DNA from: a virus | Direction: 5' to 3' (one strand) | Length of the DNA: 64,000 bases | Virus record (IMG/VR): IMGVR_UViG_3300022872_000001 | Coordinates: 128,171 to 192,170 of that record | Part shown: positions 9,376-19,230 of the stretch, one piece after another | Numbering within the stretch: the first letter of the stretch is position 1 | How the letters are laid out: each line of letters begins with the position of its first letter | Program-made: the position numbers and the translations under genes | The notes under the pieces: model-generated | The model's database searches: none | Told to the model about the DNA's origin: nothing | Seen by the model: the letters and a program-made list of their open reading frames with translations, nothing else

Positions 9376-10022
9376 TGGTTGAAGAAAATGCATTGCACAG
9401 GAAGTACAGGCCTCAGGTATTAGAAAAGTTAATCGGTCATGAGGCAGCGGTAACACGTATGCAAGGTATGGTGGAGTCTGGTAAGATTCCAAACGCATTA
9501 CTGATTACAGGCCCGTCTGGAGTAGGCAAGACAACGTTCGCCCGAGCCATTCACCATGCAATCAATGGTTTGAAGAATCACCAAGATTATCTGGAAGTCA
9601 ACGCGGGTTCGGAACGTACTATTGATGACGTACGGAGCTGGATTCAAACATCCAAGTTTCGTCCGCAAGGTAAGCGCAGAATCTTGTTAATCGATGAAGC
9701 GCAGGGGTTACTTAGTAATGCCCAAGCTACAGATTGTTTTTCTGGCGACACTGCTGTCCTAACAGATAAAGGAGATCTCACAATGAAAGAGATTCATGAG
9801 ATTACCGATAAAGGCGAGACAATTAAAGTTGCGTCTTTTAATCACAAAACTCAAAAAACGGAATTCAAAGCTGTGGTTGCTTCCCGTAAAAAGGAAAATG
9901 CCAAACCTATGGTGAATATAGGTTTGGCAAGATGTACAGAAGACCATCCTGTGTGGGATTCGGGAATAGCATGTTATGTAGATGCTAAAGATGTAACCTC
10001 TATGTTGACTATCAAAGATTAA
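9372..10022 (+). CDS. dnaX: Clamp loader (DNA pol III gamma/tau-like AAA+) N-extein fused to split intein N-half
   Basis: LHRKYRPQ..E.LIGH, Walker A GPSGVGKTT, Walker B LIDEAQ, then intein block A CFSGDT at residue 122 and block B TEDHP; stop at 10020-10022. Confidence 0.9.
   Translation: MMVEENALHRKYRPQVLEKLIGHEAAVTRMQGMVESGKIPNALLITGPSGVGKTTFARAIHHAINGLKNHQDYLEVNAGSERTIDDVRSWIQTSKFRPQGKRRILLIDEAQGLLSNAQATDCFSGDTAVLTDKGDLTMKEIHEITDKGETIKVASFNHKTQKTEFKAVVASRKKENAKPMVNIGLARCTEDHPVWDSGIACYVDAKDVTSMLTIKD
9735..10019 (+). mobile_element. Split intein N-fragment (95 aa)
   Basis: Begins C1-F-S-G-D-T; contains block B CTEDHPVW; lacks blocks F/G. Confidence 0.88.
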
Positions 10023-10434
10023 AATCTTTTTCACCTGCTAGGAAGCCAGAGTGTAGTCTTCCTAGCCTTTTATAGTCATTTTCCCAGACGTAGATTACAT
10101 TATATCCTAATTGATTTAAGGTTAATAATCGGTGCATTGTCTTTTTATACGCCTCTTTTTTAATTGGATAATTTTTAGGATTACCGTGAAAGTAGTCTCC
10201 TAAAAATTCAAATACTGTTCTTGTTTCTTTGTGGTATCCATCTAACCTTATTTTCTTTCCGTTTAATTCAAGGGTCTTTTCTTTGGATCCGTGTCTTCCT
10301 TTGATACACACGCCATAGTATTCTTGTAATTCATTTATCCAAGCAAAACCTATAGAAGACCTGTCCTGCTTTACCTGTAGTCCTCGTCCAGTCGCATACT
10401 TGTAAATATAGTTGTTAGTAGATTTTAATTTCAT
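10012..10434 (-). CDS. Free-standing Vsr/DUF559-like (EDxHD-type) homing endonuclease
   Basis: RLDGY....RTVFEFLGDYFHGNP...TMHRLLTLNQLGYNVIYVWENDY; SD AAAGGA; AT-rich; antisense between the intein halves. Confidence 0.8.
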   Translation of the reverse strand: MKLKSTNNYIYKYATGRGLQVKQDRSSIGFAWINELQEYYGVCIKGRHGSKEKTLELNGKKIRLDGYHKETRTVFEFLGDYFHGNPKNYPIKKEAYKKTMHRLLTLNQLGYNVIYVWENDYKRLGRLHSGFLAGEKDFNL

Positions 10435-10471
10435 CTTAAATCCTTTTAATTAAGCGTTAGCTACGTAACTC

Positions 10472-10603
10472 ATGAAAACTTATCCGCATAAAATTAAGGT
10501 AGAAAAAACTACCCCTGAAGAGGTCGTTTATGACCTACAGATTGAAGACAATGAGAATTTCTTTGTAAAGGTGGAAGATGGTAGATACGGATTGGTGCAT
10601 AAT
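10472..10603 (+). mobile_element. Split intein C-fragment (44 aa)
   Basis: Ends His-Asn at 10598-10603; Cys codon at 10604; in-frame TAA at 10466 shows it is a separate ORF. Confidence 0.88.
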
Positions 10604-11359
10604 TGTTTGCTGAAGCCTTTGGAAGAACCTAGTCCGTCTACTTTATGGATTCTGTGTTCCATGGATCCGGCTAAGTTCAAAGTTGGTAAAGGTATTGCAA
10701 TCGCAAAACGTTGTACTCAGATTGTTCTTGAACCTCACACGTCGGCTGATCTGTTGAAACAAGCACGGCGTATCGCCAAAGGTGAAGGAATGAATTACGT
10801 CCTGGATGAAGAGAATAAATTACTCAAATCCGTGAGCCGTAATTGTGAAGGTGACATGCGTACCTTGGCAAACATAATGCAGGCAATGCAACAGTATTAC
10901 GATGGCATCAAAGGGAAGAAACCAAAGATGCTATCCAAGGAACACATTGGTGAGGTCATTAATTCCACTACCTCCTCAGATGAGGAACACGCCGTTAAGA
11001 TTCTTACGGCTATCTACGCAGGTTCCTTTGCAGAGGCACAGAAGGCAATTCTGAATATTCAGGATCCCTTCCAAGCTATCCAAAAGATGATGTGGACTAA
11101 TGGTTACGTTATGAACGATAAGGTTCTTAATGGAGCCAGACATCCTAAGGTATGGGGTAGCGCTGCAGGTAAGATGTTGAAAGATAACCTAGCAGCCATC
11201 AAACCAGAAGTTCAATTAGGCGCTCTAGCTATTACCAATGAAGCCTTGGTTGATCTTAAGGCAGCAGTTATGGCAACCGCAGTAGATATTCCTTTGTTGA
11301 TATCTGCCCGTGTTTTCCGTTTGATTAAAACAATTCAACTGACGTACCCAAAGAAGTAA
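10472..11359 (+). CDS. dnaX: Split intein C-half fused to clamp loader C-extein
   Basis: Block F VYDLQIEDNENFF, block G LVHN then Cys+1; extein CLLKPLEEPS (cf. NALLKTLEEP), KRC arginine finger, GDMR sensor 2. Confidence 0.9.
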   Translation: MKTYPHKIKVEKTTPEEVVYDLQIEDNENFFVKVEDGRYGLVHNCLLKPLEEPSPSTLWILCSMDPAKFKVGKGIAIAKRCTQIVLEPHTSADLLKQARRIAKGEGMNYVLDEENKLLKSVSRNCEGDMRTLANIMQAMQQYYDGIKGKKPKMLSKEHIGEVINSTTSSDEEHAVKILTAIYAGSFAEAQKAILNIQDPFQAIQKMMWTNGYVMNDKVLNGARHPKVWGSAAGKMLKDNLAAIKPEVQLGALAITNEALVDLKAAVMATAVDIPLLISARVFRLIKTIQLTYPKK

Positions 11360-11374
11360 TAAAGGAGTAAACCC

Positions 11375-11566
11375 ATGCAGTTCGTTCGATTTCAAGATGG
11401 ACTAGTGGTCATAGATTTCACGGATGTAAATATTCAAGCCAATGTGCGTATAGCTGAATGCGAGGTAGGTGACACCCGCTATGTGGGTTTAATTCCACAA
11501 GAATGCATACCCGGAACAGGTCATTGGATCTGTAGTTACTCATCTTACGAATTGATTGGAAGTTAA
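11375..11566 (+). CDS. Hypothetical protein
   Basis: 63 aa; SD AAGGAG. Confidence 0.5.
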   Translation: MQFVRFQDGLVVIDFTDVNIQANVRIAECEVGDTRYVGLIPQECIPGTGHWICSYSSYELIGS

Positions 11567-12007
11567 ATGGAACATGTACAAGTACCAGAGGGATCCGTAT
11601 CAATCCCACTCAAGGCAGGTGAACCCGAAGGACCTCAGGTTATCATACCTAACTTCGATATGTCGAAAGTGAATGTTACCAAAGTTGTTTTGCAAATGAA
11701 GCATCCTGTCCAGGTGAAACCAAACGGAACTCGGAAGCAACGGCGTACCATCCTTAAACCTTTCATGCTACGCTGGATAGGTACACTGGATACAGTAGCT
11801 GAACTGAAAACCAAGATGAGCAAGGCTAAGGCCGGTGATGTATATTACGTCAGGGAGGCAAAGCTGAACTACTTCTGGCATCCTCATCCTACGGAATACA
11901 TGTCAGCCTTTTTAGGTGTGACTTTGCGACCTACTGTGGATAATGGTGCTATCAAATCCTGTGAAGTAACCGTTCATATGGATGCTAAAATAGGAGTTGA
12001 TAGCTAA
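11567..12007 (+). CDS. Hypothetical protein
   Basis: 146 aa; directly abuts the previous stop. Confidence 0.55.
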   Translation: MEHVQVPEGSVSIPLKAGEPEGPQVIIPNFDMSKVNVTKVVLQMKHPVQVKPNGTRKQRRTILKPFMLRWIGTLDTVAELKTKMSKAKAGDVYYVREAKLNYFWHPHPTEYMSAFLGVTLRPTVDNGAIKSCEVTVHMDAKIGVDS

Positions 12008-12371
12008 CATGACAGCCAGTATCGAAGGTCTTTACGTAGGTTCTACCACTTTCAAGATTTTCGGAGAGATTCCGCCTGATAGGTTTGAGCAGGTAAGAGA
12101 GTTAGCTTCCTTGATAGGTGCGGAGTGTGGTAAATTCCTAAAACTAGACCCTCGGACGCGTTCCCATGTAGCCAAGGAAGCCAGTGATTATCTCAAAAGG
12201 ATTCACTGGCTTCCTTTGCTTGTAACGTGTGACGAGGTTAATAATCTGGTTAGCTACAAGGTGGAGAGGCGCATTGCTCCGCGTACCTTGAACATTGATA
12301 TCATGTTCGAATACAATTGCCATTTGTCAATATCCTATTCTCAAAGAGCAGATATTCACAAAAGCAATTGA
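11997..12371 (+). CDS. Hypothetical protein
   Basis: 124 aa; TTG start with SD AGGAG. Confidence 0.5.
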   Translation: MIANMTASIEGLYVGSTTFKIFGEIPPDRFEQVRELASLIGAECGKFLKLDPRTRSHVAKEASDYLKRIHWLPLLVTCDEVNNLVSYKVERRIAPRTLNIDIMFEYNCHLSISYSQRADIHKSN

Positions 12372-12393
12372 TGGATTTAAACACGGAAATAAG

Positions 12394-14682
12394 ATGAATA
12401 TCTTTAAGTCCCTTCGGTTGAAAAATACCGGACCTTTCAAACAGCAAACATTTAATTTCAAACCTGGTTTATCGGTTATTTACGGATTGAATAAGTCCAA
12501 CGCCCGCCAGTCAACTAATGCAAACGGTGCTGGTAAGAGTTTTTTCTTTAGCCAAATATCGGAAATTCTCCATGACTCTCCTGTTGTTGGTGAGAAGGCT
12601 GACAGAATTAAAAAGGGCGAACGTACTCTAACCTTCGACATCAAGGGCAAGGAAGTAGCGGTAACCCGCAAGAACACGAAACTCCTGGTTAGTGTGGATG
12701 GCAAGCCTAAAAAGTTTCGTACTCAAGCAATCTGCAAATCCTGGGTTAAGAAGTACGTACCTTTGACGGCAGAGGACTTCAATACCTATGTCCATATTGA
12801 TGCCCGTATTCCTCATCCGTTGGTTATGGGTACTACGACCGATCGTCGGCGTTTCTTCTCTTCTTTCTTCTCTTTGGATAAGCTTGATATAGAGCGTAAA
12901 CTATTCCAAGCTGAATTGTCCAAGCTATCTAAGGTACGCGCGGCCTACCGTGAATTAAAGAATGAATATAAAATCACGATTGAGGATGGTGTAGGTAAGG
13001 ACGAATATCAGGCAATGAAGGAAAAAGAGGAATTACTCACCACCAAGCTGCGTAAGTTATCCAAACAGAATGATAAGTTGCAGGAGATTGCATCTATCAT
13101 TACCTTCTACGAAGCAGCGGAAGATTCCATTAAGCGCTTAATGGATATGGTGGGAGACGAACTTACCGTAGACTCCTTCGAGAAGAAATTTGAAGATGTA
13201 AAATGGGACTACGCTAAGGATACGAAGGACTTGGAAGAGGCATTGGAATATGAGGAGTACCTTAGGGATAATAGAACTTATCTTAAGAAGTATGAATCCC
13301 TCTCTAAGGGAACGCGTAAGCTACTGGTTGAATTAGGCTATCGAAAATCTCTAAAGAAGGTAGAGAAATCCGTAGAGCGGCTAGATGAGATTAATTCAGC
13401 CTTGCATCTATTAAAAGATACCTTAAAGAAAACCAAAGCAAACAAACCTGATAAGGTTGAAGACCTTGGATATGATCGGCGTGAGATATTAGCTAAGTTA
13501 GATTCTCTAGCTCACCAGAAAGAACATATAGAGAAATTCAAGGAAGGTGTATGTGACACATGTGGGCAATCTGTAAAGGTAAGAGATCCAAAAGAGATCC
13601 AAAAAAGGATAGCAAAACTTAAGGATCGCCTAGAGAAAGCCCAAGCGTACACGGATTACAAAAATGATCTTATCGAGTATAAGCAGGCTAAAAAGGTTAT
13701 CGATAATTGCAAAAGTGAGATCGAAAAGCTGGAAGAGGAAGCTGAACCTCTGCGCAAATATGAATCCATGTACAAGGAACTACGTGGTATGCCGGAGAAG
13801 CCTGCTAAGTTCGAAGGTAAGAAATTAGAGGTTAAGGTTAAGCAGCGCATGGTAGACGAAGACAAGGATCGCCTGCACCTTCTCAAGTTCCTTAAGCCAA
13901 ACATCGAGTTGATTATCGATTACTTTGCTCTAACTAAGGAGCAGATTCAGTCAGCTAAGGATGCATCTGTCCTGCAAAGGAAGATTGAATCCATCAATGA
14001 AAAACTTTCGAGTCTCCGAGGTAAATTAGAGGTACAGAAAGCGATTCGTCAAAGAGCCAAACGGTTGAAGGCACGTTTGGTTGAGATGAAGGAGCAGCTA
14101 AAGGACGAAGTACCTTGGAAACTTCTGGTAGATGCATATAGCGAGAAGGGCGTTAAGAAATTAGCCATTCAGGCAGTCAGCCATCGATTAATGGAGATTG
14201 TGAATCGGTATGCTAAGTTGGTGTTCCCAGAGGACTATACGTTCTCCGTGGAATGGACAGCATCCCAACTGAATTTGTTGGTACACCGTAAGTATGGTAA
14301 AAGGATAGAGGTATCAGACGTGCGTAAGCTGTCTGGAGCGGAATCCAAAATCTTCACGTTGATTATGATTCTGGCTTTGCTAACGTTCGTACCGGAACGC
14401 AAACGTTCATCTTTGATGATCTGTGATGAGCCGACGGCTAATTTTTCTCCAGAGACAACCAAGGCATTTTCGGAGCTACTTCCAATTCTGAATAAGCTAA
14501 TACCAACCATAATTATCATTACACCACGCACAGGTGAACGTTACGAGAACGCTACCAACTTTACCGTCGTTAAAGAAAACGGTTATTCCAAATTAGAAAA
14601 AGGACACCCCAGTGAAATCACACGTAATACAGGCGTACGGAGTTCCCGGAGAAAGCCCGCAGAATCTCTCATGGGCGCTTGA
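12394..14682 (+). CDS. SbcC/Rad50-like ATPase (T4 gp46-like recombination nuclease subunit)
   Basis: Walker A NGAGKS, long coiled coil, zinc hook CDTCG, signature LSGAES, Walker B MICDEP; start moved to ATG 12394. Confidence 0.88.
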   Translation: MNIFKSLRLKNTGPFKQQTFNFKPGLSVIYGLNKSNARQSTNANGAGKSFFFSQISEILHDSPVVGEKADRIKKGERTLTFDIKGKEVAVTRKNTKLLVSVDGKPKKFRTQAICKSWVKKYVPLTAEDFNTYVHIDARIPHPLVMGTTTDRRRFFSSFFSLDKLDIERKLFQAELSKLSKVRAAYRELKNEYKITIEDGVGKDEYQAMKEKEELLTTKLRKLSKQNDKLQEIASIITFYEAAEDSIKRLMDMVGDELTVDSFEKKFEDVKWDYAKDTKDLEEALEYEEYLRDNRTYLKKYESLSKGTRKLLVELGYRKSLKKVEKSVERLDEINSALHLLKDTLKKTKANKPDKVEDLGYDRREILAKLDSLAHQKEHIEKFKEGVCDTCGQSVKVRDPKEIQKRIAKLKDRLEKAQAYTDYKNDLIEYKQAKKVIDNCKSEIEKLEEEAEPLRKYESMYKELRGMPEKPAKFEGKKLEVKVKQRMVDEDKDRLHLLKFLKPNIELIIDYFALTKEQIQSAKDASVLQRKIESINEKLSSLRGKLEVQKAIRQRAKRLKARLVEMKEQLKDEVPWKLLVDAYSEKGVKKLAIQAVSHRLMEIVNRYAKLVFPEDYTFSVEWTASQLNLLVHRKYGKRIEVSDVRKLSGAESKIFTLIMILALLTFVPERKRSSLMICDEPTANFSPETTKAFSELLPILNKLIPTIIIITPRTGERYENATNFTVVKENGYSKLEKGHPSEITRNTGVRSSRRKPAESLMGA

Positions 14683-15349
14683 GGCTTTAGGCATTTCTCA
14701 CTCCCTTCATGGTGTAGGTCTTACCCGCCATACTTTGCCTGAGATTAGGCATATATCTAAGGAACAACCTTATTGGGTTTGTATTCTTAACGGTATAGAT
14801 GCTTTGCGCACGCCTATGCCTAAAAAACCTTATATTCTTTTCATCTGCGAGTCCTTCGCACGTTTGCAAACGTGCAATGTAGGTCTCCTACCCTTTTCGT
14901 CTTATGATAAGCCGTATTCTTGGAATCTTACGGACGCTTTATTATACGCATCACATAATCCAATAAAAGATGGTTGGCAATTGGTAGAGAAGAAACCATC
15001 AATTGAGGACTATGTAAGCCAAGCGTCAAAACCCTCTTTCCTGAATTTTATACAGACAGCACAGTATAAGATTACTCCCTATGCCCTGATGAAGGAAGTA
15101 GGTGCATTATGCATTAGCTATCTCAATGGTACTACCTCCCAACGCGAGTTATTTCAACGTTTGAAGGCGAGCCATAAATTTGAGAGATTGTTAGCCATAA
15201 TGAAGTTAGAAGGCTCCCTCAACCTGCGTAAGGCAGTTGCTCGATTCAAGGAAACACAGGATGTTGAATCGGTAGCTATGGAGTTTGGTGTGGAGCAATT
15301 CGAGATTACCTACGTAATTAAGTCAGGCGCTAAACATAAGGAAAAATAA
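14612..15349 (+). CDS. Hypothetical protein
   Basis: 245 aa; GTG start after AAAGGA; overlaps the SbcC end. Confidence 0.55.
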   Translation: MKSHVIQAYGVPGESPQNLSWALEALGISHSLHGVGLTRHTLPEIRHISKEQPYWVCILNGIDALRTPMPKKPYILFICESFARLQTCNVGLLPFSSYDKPYSWNLTDALLYASHNPIKDGWQLVEKKPSIEDYVSQASKPSFLNFIQTAQYKITPYALMKEVGALCISYLNGTTSQRELFQRLKASHKFERLLAIMKLEGSLNLRKAVARFKETQDVESVAMEFGVEQFEITYVIKSGAKHKEK

Positions 15350-15705
15350 TGGCAACGCGTTTAGTTGTTCAACAAATTAATCTGGAAGGTCTACAATATT
15401 TGGACATTCCGGATGGCGATCTAGTTTATGACGGACGGGAATTTGGTGAACCTTCCAAAGTTAAATATGTGGCATTAGCAATGTCATCGGTCAATGGGGA
15501 AACACTGCCTTTCGTGGAACCCTCGACCAATATTGCAGCCAACGCCTATATGCGATTGAATGTGGTTAGCCGGTCTACCGTGTCAGTTGCAACTCCCAAT
15601 CCTGATCTGATCTTAATTGAAGACCCTGCAGAAGGTCAGTGCATGTGCGGTTTAACCTGCACAGGTACACGTCTTTCCTACGTTCAAGTTCTACCAGTTA
15701 TCTAA
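15349..15705 (+). CDS. Hypothetical protein, possibly virion
   Basis: 118 aa beta-rich; TAATG coupling. Confidence 0.55.
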   Translation: MATRLVVQQINLEGLQYLDIPDGDLVYDGREFGEPSKVKYVALAMSSVNGETLPFVEPSTNIAANAYMRLNVVSRSTVSVATPNPDLILIEDPAEGQCMCGLTCTGTRLSYVQVLPVI

Positions 15706-15723
15706 TCATCTAAAAGAGGAAAT

Positions 15724-16533
15724 ATGAATACTCAATTTGGCTTACCCTTACAGGAAGCATCTACACAAACCCTTCTGCCTATTATCTCCATGCCGCGTGG
15801 TATGTTGTATGGTTATTTTGTAATTGCAGAGACCACGTTCGCAGCAGGTAGTGTTCCTGCAACATTTGCCTTAAACGAAGGAGCCGTAAGCATTCAATCA
15901 GTCACTCCTCCCGTAGGTGTGAATGATGGCCACAACTACGGCGTTCCTCAATATGTGGCTGCCGTATATACCGAAGATCAGGCAAAGCTTGAACCGTACG
16001 GCGGGTACTCTGCCTTTATCGATATCAACGACACAGGCAACTATGCTATGTGGTTGAATCCTTCCTATGCTCGGCAATTGCGGTCTGGTCGAGGTGTTCT
16101 TATCAATTCGTTGCTGGTTAATCCGGCTGCTTACGTCCCACCTGCCCCTGGCTCAGCTACACCACCTAACGTTACTAATGGTACGCAACGTTGGGCAGCC
16201 AACCTTACCGTTTCGATCAATCAATTGGGTTGCTCCTTCTTTGACTTCAATTGGATCCAAACGTTCCAAGCAGTAATGGCAAATACGGTGCCCTTCAATG
16301 ATGCACAGCCCCTGTCGATTGAGATCGTTTCGAATCCTACTGGGGGTGCCTTCAAATCCACAATCGTAGGTGGGGATGGTCAGCAAGCAATGTCATCAGG
16401 TGCAGTTATCTTCTCTACTTGCCGTATCATTCGTTTGCAGGATGTTACTGCTGGTGACTACGTGTTTACCTACAAGGTAACAGATACCAAAGGTCTGAGT
16501 TCTACCTGCACTCTCACTCTCACTGTGGTATAA
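15724..16533 (+). CDS. Hypothetical beta-rich protein, possibly virion (Ig-like C-terminus)
   Basis: 269 aa; C-terminal GDYVFTYKVTDTKGLSSTCTLTLTV; SD AGAGGA. Confidence 0.6.
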   Translation: MNTQFGLPLQEASTQTLLPIISMPRGMLYGYFVIAETTFAAGSVPATFALNEGAVSIQSVTPPVGVNDGHNYGVPQYVAAVYTEDQAKLEPYGGYSAFIDINDTGNYAMWLNPSYARQLRSGRGVLINSLLVNPAAYVPPAPGSATPPNVTNGTQRWAANLTVSINQLGCSFFDFNWIQTFQAVMANTVPFNDAQPLSIEIVSNPTGGAFKSTIVGGDGQQAMSSGAVIFSTCRIIRLQDVTAGDYVFTYKVTDTKGLSSTCTLTLTVV

Positions 16534-16547
16534 TTAGTATAAACCTA

Positions 16548-16577
16548 AGGGTGCATCGGTTAATTCAGGTGCACCCT
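16548..16577 (+). terminator. Hairpin after the gene
   Basis: AGGGTGCA...TGCACCCT inverted repeat; weak U tract. Confidence 0.45.
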
Positions 16578-16602
16578 ATCCTTACCTTTAAACCCTTTAC
16601 CT

Positions 16603-16610
16603 AGTAAATA
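16603..16610 (+). promoter_or_regulatory. AGTAAATA putative promoter
   Basis: Intergenic, about 37 nt before the clamp gene ATG. Confidence 0.45.
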
Positions 16611-16647
16611 GTAGCTGTAACCTTTCATTAACTATAAGAGAATAACT

Positions 16648-17733
16648 ATGCAATTATCCTTGGAAGCCTCGGTAATCCACGAAGCCTTACGTGTTGTCAT
16701 GAAGTTGGCCGCTCCTGTATCCGGTGCCGTTACCATTCAATCCGATGGTAAAGGTGTAACGATGCACTCTGCGTCAGATGTAAATCGGTGTTCATACAAA
16801 TTACCAGCTACCGTCAAAGGTAAGGCTGGTGTTTTCGCTATTGCAGTTGACGCCTTAAGTGCAGCTACCAAAGGACGTAAAACTATTGAGATGATTTATG
16901 ACAAGACGGTATTAACCATCAAGTCAGGATCTTACTCGACCAAGTTGTCCACAGCAGATGCTCTTCAACTCGAATACGACGAGGAAAAGAAGAGTGACAA
17001 GATTAAGATCACAGGTGAACAGGCTGTATGGTTGAAGCAGGCTGTACAAAGTGTGGCTTTGAAACCAACCGCAATTTTGTCAGCATATATGCCTTTGTCT
17101 ATCAAGCTAGCCAAGAAGGGTGCATTCATTGCTTGCTATGATACCCAGCATATGGCTTTCCTTACATCAAAGGAAATCGAAGGTGAAATGGATCTCACCT
17201 TGCCCTTGGATACGTTGCAGGCAGTTCTGGATACATTCAATGCCTCCGCATTCAAGATGGAAATGTCCGCAGCTAACCTATACGTCACCAATGCACTGAT
17301 TAACGTTGTTTTGGCTTTACCGCAGGCAGAAGAGAATGCTTTGACTGCGGAAGAGGTTCGTATGAAAGCCAAGGAGGCTTCGGATATCAACGGTAAGCAG
17401 ATTGAAATTCCCAAGAAGGAAGTAATTGAGTTTATCGATAACGCCCGTTCCGTAATGACAAAGGAACGTGGAGAACTGAATATCTCCACAGAACCAGGTA
17501 AGGTGAAGTTCATGGTAACTACGGTGAACGGATCTTCCAAGGTTACAATCAAGGCCAATGTTAAGAAGGAAATCAAGATCGATATCGATTATGAATACTT
17601 CGAGGAAGCTATCCGCAAGTGTGAGGACTCGGTTATTATGAAGGTCGTAGGTCAGGACTTCATTATGTTCCAACAAAAGAAGGCAACAGTCCTGGTAGCC
17701 CTAAATCAAGGTACAGAGAAGGAAAAGGAATGA
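16648..17733 (+). CDS. dnaN: DNA polymerase III beta-type sliding clamp
   Basis: 361 aa (bacterial clamp size), alternating beta/alpha three-domain pattern, IACYDTQHMA (cf. ATDGHRLA); clamp loader in the same block. Confidence 0.7.
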   Translation: MQLSLEASVIHEALRVVMKLAAPVSGAVTIQSDGKGVTMHSASDVNRCSYKLPATVKGKAGVFAIAVDALSAATKGRKTIEMIYDKTVLTIKSGSYSTKLSTADALQLEYDEEKKSDKIKITGEQAVWLKQAVQSVALKPTAILSAYMPLSIKLAKKGAFIACYDTQHMAFLTSKEIEGEMDLTLPLDTLQAVLDTFNASAFKMEMSAANLYVTNALINVVLALPQAEENALTAEEVRMKAKEASDINGKQIEIPKKEVIEFIDNARSVMTKERGELNISTEPGKVKFMVTTVNGSSKVTIKANVKKEIKIDIDYEYFEEAIRKCEDSVIMKVVGQDFIMFQQKKATVLVALNQGTEKEKE

Positions 17734-18101
17734 GGATACCTGCTGATATATCTCGTGGCATTTTCTATTCCTTAAACGAAGGTTACGTATTGCTAAACCG
17801 AGATATGAAGCAGGGTATGAAACTTGTGGTTGGTGCGGAACTATCAATCAAATGCATGTTCCAGATTCGAAACCTTTTGTTTGAGGACGTGCGTGTAGGC
17901 TTCATCTTTACATCAGGTTTCGAGATTACTAATCGAGGCGGTTATTTATTGACCTTCTTAAAAGGTAAAAGCCCTGCTGAGGAATATGATGTCTTACTCA
18001 AGGATGACTTCATTGTTCTGTATGACTATCCAAATAGAGGTACCTTGGCAATTTCCCCTTTGGTGAGCGACGAAGTTTTAACCATTTTCCAGGAGCAATA
18101 A
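17730..18101 (+). CDS. Hypothetical protein
   Basis: 123 aa; ATGA overlap. Confidence 0.55.
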   Translation: MRIPADISRGIFYSLNEGYVLLNRDMKQGMKLVVGAELSIKCMFQIRNLLFEDVRVGFIFTSGFEITNRGGYLLTFLKGKSPAEEYDVLLKDDFIVLYDYPNRGTLAISPLVSDEVLTIFQEQ

Positions 18102-18151
18102 TATGTTCAAGTTACATCCTCACCAGCTCAAGTTGATGGACAGGAAAATAA

Positions 18152-18706
18152 ATGGCTGATAAGAAATTAAAAATAAGTAATCCCCGAAAACAGATCATGG
18201 GAGCCTTAAAGGAAGATTCTGACTTCAAAAAGTTCCGTAAGATCGTTAAAAGGGTCGAAGAACGTTTGAAGATTCAGGAATTCCTAAGTGAAGCTAAGGC
18301 ATTGCACGCAGGACGTACCAGCCGTAAACTACATGAGAGGAAGCAATTCAACCCCAGAGCCTTGATTGAAGCCTCCACCAAGGACCTCTCTATTCGCTCC
18401 CGTTTGGTAGAAATCAGAGTGAACGTTTCTGTTAATCTATCCAACCTTGAAGAGGCGATAGATGCCGTCAAGCGTTACATATCAACAGAGTTTTATGATG
18501 CTTTGTCGGAATACAAAACCGTAGATCTTAAGAAATCCTTAATCGATAGAGCAATTGCCAGACCTTTGGATATGATGAGTGACACCAAGAGTCTTATCGA
18601 AGTTCTGGATATTTTAATCCGCGATATAGACCAAAGTAATTTCCACATGAAAACAATGATCGAAGCTTTGAAGCTCCTTGATGATTCGAAAGGTAAAACA
18701 ATATGA
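18152..18706 (+). CDS. Hypothetical helical protein (possibly UvsY-like mediator)
   Basis: 184 aa alpha-helical, near a UvsW-like helicase; function is inference only. Confidence 0.5.
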   Translation: MADKKLKISNPRKQIMGALKEDSDFKKFRKIVKRVEERLKIQEFLSEAKALHAGRTSRKLHERKQFNPRALIEASTKDLSIRSRLVEIRVNVSVNLSNLEEAIDAVKRYISTEFYDALSEYKTVDLKKSLIDRAIARPLDMMSDTKSLIEVLDILIRDIDQSNFHMKTMIEALKLLDDSKGKTI

Positions 18707-19194
18707 CCGTTACTTCGTCTTCCCTGGTTAGTGCGATTAACCCTAAAGGGTACTCCTTGTCCCAATTATCACAAACCTTTGTTAAGGTTACAGGGGAACA
18801 GAATGGAATTCGCTATACAGGATTTATAAATCCTCTTGATGATCCTTACAGCATGGCATTCGGATACACCACAGACCATTCGAATAGCGTGCCTACGATC
18901 ACCACATTCGTTAACGGTACACCTGCAGATGATACACAGGCTCTAATTCTTAACAAGTTCTATCAACTAATCGATAAGCAGAAGGTGTACATGCCTATTG
19001 CTTCATTTGAAAATGTGGAATGGAGTTTCGATATTGACACTATGTGGAATGCATCTGCCATGTTTGAGGTATGGAATTCCAATATGACTTTTAAAGTTAA
19101 TATGACCATTACTACCTTCACATCAATTCAACACTTTATTGCAAGCAATAAGAGTTACTACAATGATGTTGTAATTGAGATTAGCACAAAGTAA
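18703..19194 (+). CDS. Hypothetical protein
   Basis: 163 aa; ATGA overlap. Confidence 0.55.
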   Translation: MTVTSSSLVSAINPKGYSLSQLSQTFVKVTGEQNGIRYTGFINPLDDPYSMAFGYTTDHSNSVPTITTFVNGTPADDTQALILNKFYQLIDKQKVYMPIASFENVEWSFDIDTMWNASAMFEVWNSNMTFKVNMTITTFTSIQHFIASNKSYYNDVVIEISTK

Positions 19195-19206
19195 ATAAAC
19201 GGATAC
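19190..19206 (+). promoter_or_regulatory. AGTAAATAA-AC-GGATAC putative promoter
   Basis: About 30 nt before the helicase ATG. Confidence 0.45.
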
Positions 19207-19230
19207 ACCGATAAACGCTCAGGGATCCAA

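Noticed and set aside
10023-10471. RNA intron or ribosomal bypass joining the clamp-loader halves
   Set aside because: No group I/II core motifs or bypass signals seen; both halves have complete split-intein blocks, so protein trans-splicing is simpler.
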